A model generated the notes under the pieces. That model was not told the origin of the DNA. It saw nothing but the letters and a program-made list of their open reading frames with translations, and ran no database searches. A program made the translations under genes and the position numbers. Source: the human T2T-CHM13v2.0 reference genome, Homo sapiens. From it: a stretch of DNA of 64,000 nt. Where the stretch lies: NCBI RefSeq assembly GCF_009914755.1, contig NC_060945.1. One strand, written 5' to 3'. This document shows positions 58,842 to 64,000 of the stretch, piece after piece. Positions within the stretch are counted from its first letter, which is position 1. Every line of letters starts with the position of its first letter.

Positions 58842-59394
58842 TGTTAGGGGAAAAGGGTCCTGATCCAGACCCCAAGCCATGGTTCTTGGATCATGAGCAA
58901 GAAAGAATTCAGGGCAAGTCCATAGAATAAAGTGAAAGCGAGTTTATTAAAAAAGTAGAGAAATAAGAGAATGGTTATTCTATAGACAGAGTAGACCCGA
59001 AGGCTTCTTGTTGCCCATTTTTATGGTTATTTCTTGATTATATCCTAAACAAGGGGTGGATTATTCATGCCTTTCCTTTTTAGACCATATAGGGTAACTT
59101 CCTGACATTTCCATGACATCTGCAACTGACATGGTGCTGGTGGGAGTGTAGCAGTGAGGATGACCAGAGAACACTCCCATTGCCATCTTGGTTTTGGTGG
59201 GTTTTAGCCAGCTTCTTTACTGCAGTCTGTTTTATCAGCAAGGTCTTTATGACCTGTATCCTGTGCTGACCTCCTATCTCATCCTTTAAGTTAGAATGCT
59301 TAATCATCTGAGAGTGCAGCCCAGAAGGTTTCAACCTCATTTTACCCAACCCTTACTCAAGATATTTGTTGCTCTGGTTCAAAGGCCTCTGACA
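58842..59394 (-). mobile_element. MER41A solo LTR
   Basis: Ends GCTCTGGTTCAAAGGCCTCTGACA. The sense junction GGTCTAAAAAGGAAAGG|CATGAATAATCC lacks the MER41B GAS insert. Confidence 0.88.
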
Positions 59395-59439
59395 GTACTA
59401 GTTTGTTTCTGTTTTTGTTTTTTTTTTTTTCTATTCATA

Positions 59440-59870
59440 TTGATTTTAGAATTAGTTCATAGATTTCTACAAAAAAAGTCTACTGGGATATTGCTTGGGA
59501 TTGTGTTGAAGCTATAATATATATCAAATTTTGACAAATAGCGCTCTTAATAATATTAGGAATTCTCATCCATAAATATATATTTATTAATATTTAAGTC
59601 TTTAATTTTTCTTTGTAACATTTTATTTGTAGTATACAATTCTTTCACACCATACGTATAATCTCTTAGTATGTATTTTATATTGTTGGTGCAGTTATAA
59701 ATGCATTTTTTCAATTTCTGATAGTTCATTGCTAGCATGTAGATATACAATGTTTGCACATGGATTATTAATTTTGATACTATGCTAGTAGGTTTCTAAA
59801 ATAGAATTTATAGGATTTCTTATATAAATGATCAAGCCATTTGCAAATAAAAACCATATTGATGTATATT
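59440..59870 (-). mobile_element. Old L1M ORF2 fragment
   Basis: CTACTGGGATATTGCTTGGGATTGTGTTGAAGCTATA and GTTCATTGCTAGCATGTAGA. Confidence 0.65.
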
Positions 59871-60677
59871 CCTTCTCGCATGCTTTTCCCACTTTGAGAT
59901 ATTGGCACACTCCATTGAGTGCAGGGTCAATATTTTCAGCCTTTAAATATGTGAAACTTTTCTAATGCATTGACCAAAAGTCAACTAAATGATAATTTCT
60001 GTTTTTAAGAGTCTTAAGATCTGTGGTAGTTTGTGATATAGTAATATCAGAACAGATTTAAAACAAATTGTTTTATTTTATGCCATACTGCACTCTTTAG
60101 AGGGCATGACACTATACACAATGCACATTTGAAAAATAGAGAGTTACCTCTGCTTTCTTCAAGGAAGAATATCTACATAAATTATTCAGAACTTTTTGCA
60201 TGGGGGATTTGTTTATTCTCACTCTACTTATTCAACGATTTTTATGTCAGTATGGACTTAAGGTTGTTTATTATATACTTGGTGTAACACCTGCTAATCC
60301 ATCTGCTCGTAACTAAAGGCACGCAACATATGCTTTTAATTGATTTGATAAATATATTTTAAAGAATGTCTTTAAATGTTCACTTATCATATATATTCTC
60401 ATGATTATATTCTGGTGATGCATCCCCCATACACACATATACATAAATTTCTGATAACTAAGAAATTTACCTTTCTTGCCCTTATCTAATGAATTTTCAC
60501 TTGAAATATTAAGGGGGTAAGGAAAGAAGGAGTGATGAAGAAAGATAAAGGAAGCCAACACCATAGTATTTAATTGGTCCATTAGGCAACTCATTCCTTC
60601 ACCAATTTCTTAGCAAACCCAGGTGATAAATAGTTAAATTATAACTTATGAGATATATTACTTAAAACAAAAATCCC

Positions 60678-60958
<281 letters not shown>

Positions 60959-61446
60959 TTAACCTTTTAACTTTTAAGCAAGTCAAGGTTTACCAGACTA
61001 ATGATAAATTCAACTTCAGTCATACGTGGAATTCGTTTTCTCTGTCTTTTCTAGAAATAATTAAGAATGTTATTTATATTCACACAGTTTATTTTTTAAA
61101 TGGCTCTCTTGTTTCCATACACGATGGGTTTTTATGTCAAAATAAAATTACTACAAAATTTTAATATGCCAAATACAGACTATATAAGCACCTGAATTTT
61201 TTAATTCTTAGTTCTGTGTCTTTGTTTCACCTAACATTTTTAATCATTAGTTCTGTGTCTTTGTGGATTTTGCTTGAAGTTATGTGCTTTAGATGACATC
61301 AATTATTTTTACTTTTACGTTTGTGTAAACTAAGGTTTTAGCTATATTTAGCAGTTGTCGCTAACACATCTCCTTCTACAAAGACAATATCTTTTTATAC
61401 TCCCTGCAAGGGTCAAACGAACTCAAACTTAACTAAACTAAATTAA

Positions 61447-61827
<381 letters not shown>

Positions 61828-62556
61828 CTCTCTTCTTTTTATAATAATATTTGCTTTTTATAGTTGGGCTAATAAAATTGAAATTCAAAAAAAGAATTAA
61901 CTATTTATGTAAAACCTCACCCTTTTTTCCCTCTCTGATAACCAAGAGCTTGTGCTCTCTGATAAAGTAGTAGCATGCACGTTTTCTCCCCACGCTGTGT
62001 CCTCAGAGGTTTACTGCTAATTTCCAAAGTTGCTACCTAATAGGAAAGAGCACAGGACTCCCCAGCCCAGACCACCAATTATGTTGTATAACATTAATAC
62101 TAAAAATTAATTAGCTTACTATCCTCACCTTCAAAACTATAGCATCTCAATTCCACTCCACCTCCCAATGTTTCCTCTTAACTCTTTGTGTTCACGAATG
62201 AGAATGTCACACACATTCTATTTTTAGATGTCTTTCATATTCCATTTTCTTTAGCACCAGTATGTAATTCCATTGCTTAGTCCCATCACCACTTATGCAA
62301 ACAGCGCCATCTTTGAAGATGTGTTGAGTTGCTCCTCCACCAGTACTATTAGGCAATGAGTTGTCTAATGGACCAATTACATGCTGTTGTGCCACTGCTT
62401 TGTGCCACTCTAGTGCTGTTGTGACACTAGATGCTCTGCCATGTTCTAGGCAAATATGGGGATAAATACCTATTCCAAAAGAAGTACTCTCTGTGACTTA
62501 AATCTTATAACACATTATGTAACTTTAACCTCACTTCAGAGAAAGGGACATCTTTC

Positions 62557-62740
62557 AGCCTGGGCAACATAGTGAGACCCCATTTCTACAAAAAAAATAG
62601 AGTGGCGGTACATGCCTGTGGTGCCAGCTACTCAGGAGGGTAAGATGTGAGGATCTCTTGAGCCCAGTAGATCAAGGCTGCAATGAGCTGTTATTGTCCC
62701 ACTGCACTCCAGCCTGGGCAAAATAACTAGAAAAAAATAA
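62557..62740 (+). mobile_element. AluJ, partial
   Basis: CAGCCTGGGCAACATAGTGAGACCCC...CAAGGCTGCAATGAGC. Confidence 0.85.
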
Positions 62741-63044
62741 AATGATATCTTTAATTTATACCTCCACACATTATTTTAAAAGGATCTGAGACAGTCAGGA
62801 TTTGGTTTACCTGGGATAGGTGGCAAAGGCTAAGTCATGTGGCTTAAAAAATATAGAATACATCTTTGTATCATGTAAAAGATGTCTGAAGGGAGATGTT
62901 CCAGGGCGGGTACATCCTTCTGTCTTGGTATTCTGCCATCCTGTTCTCAGCAATGACCTCATAGTCCAGAAAGGCAAAGATGACACCCTGAGTTCAAGCC
63001 ATCATATCCACATACAAGCCAGCAAGAGGAACGCCTGATTAAGG

Positions 63045-63285
63045 GTACGATAGTGTACACATGGACATACAAAGTGGAATAATAGACACTGTTGACTTGG
63101 AAAGGTGGGAGAGTGGTGGGAGGAGGGATGAGAAATTTAATTTAATGGGTACAATGTACACTATTCCAGTGATGGCACCACTGAAAGTCCAGACTTCAGC
63201 ACTATATGATATATCTATGTAACAAAACTTTACTTCTACCCCCTAAATATATAAAAAATATAAATACAAATGTAAAATAAAAAGA
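63045..63285 (+). mobile_element. L1PB-type 3' end
   Basis: GGACATACAAAGTGGAATAATAGACACT...TAATGGGTACAATGTACACTATT. Same type as 34015-34218. Confidence 0.85.
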
Positions 63286-63343
63286 CAAACACACACAAAA
63301 TAAAACCATTGAACTACATTCTTAAAAAAAAAAAAAAAAAAAA

Positions 63344-63963
<620 letters not shown>

Positions 63964-64000
63964 CTACCATGGTGCCCACCGCACTGATGGTAGGTTTGGC

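Noticed and set aside
58842-59394. MER41 as an interferon-gamma (STAT1) inducible enhancer
   Set aside because: This copy has the MER41A structure and lacks the segment carrying the tandem GAS motifs.
61208-61264. 18-bp direct repeat TTAGTTCTGTGTCTTTGT
   Set aside because: A single small local duplication with no further structure.

Overview
This looks like primate (human-like, catarrhine because AluY is present) AT-rich, gene-poor nuclear DNA, either intergenic or deep intronic. I found no supportable protein-coding gene, RNA gene, CpG island or CRISPR array. Nearly every ORF in the track is a spurious translation of Alu, LTR or microsatellite sequence. Much of the window is recognisable transposon fossil: about 24 Alus, several L1 relics, L2/MIR fragments and a near-full-length Tigger1. 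It also holds three two-LTR retroviral elements: THE1 (31268-33548), MLT1D-type (44400-46892) and a pol-deleted ERV-L (48410-51867) with recognisable gag and protease (LDTGS) relics. Six ERV1-class LTRs cluster at 52.7-59.4 kb. I cannot support a new biological system here. The best second-look items are a polyadenylated, 5'-truncated THE1 LTR retrocopy apparently mobilised by L1 (29672-29859); an Alu sharing unusual variants with two other Alus about 30 kb away; DUX4-type motifs in a THE1 and an MLT2A LTR; a consensus RFX X-box; a motif-dense unique segment at 7.8-8.3 kb; a splice-flanked unique segment with a 101-codon ORF; a 26-bp perfect palindrome in a dup-inv-dup scar; and a diverged ~240-bp local duplication. 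Repeat subfamily names come from recognition by eye and need RepeatMasker/Dfam confirmation. Boundaries without a TSD are approximate.
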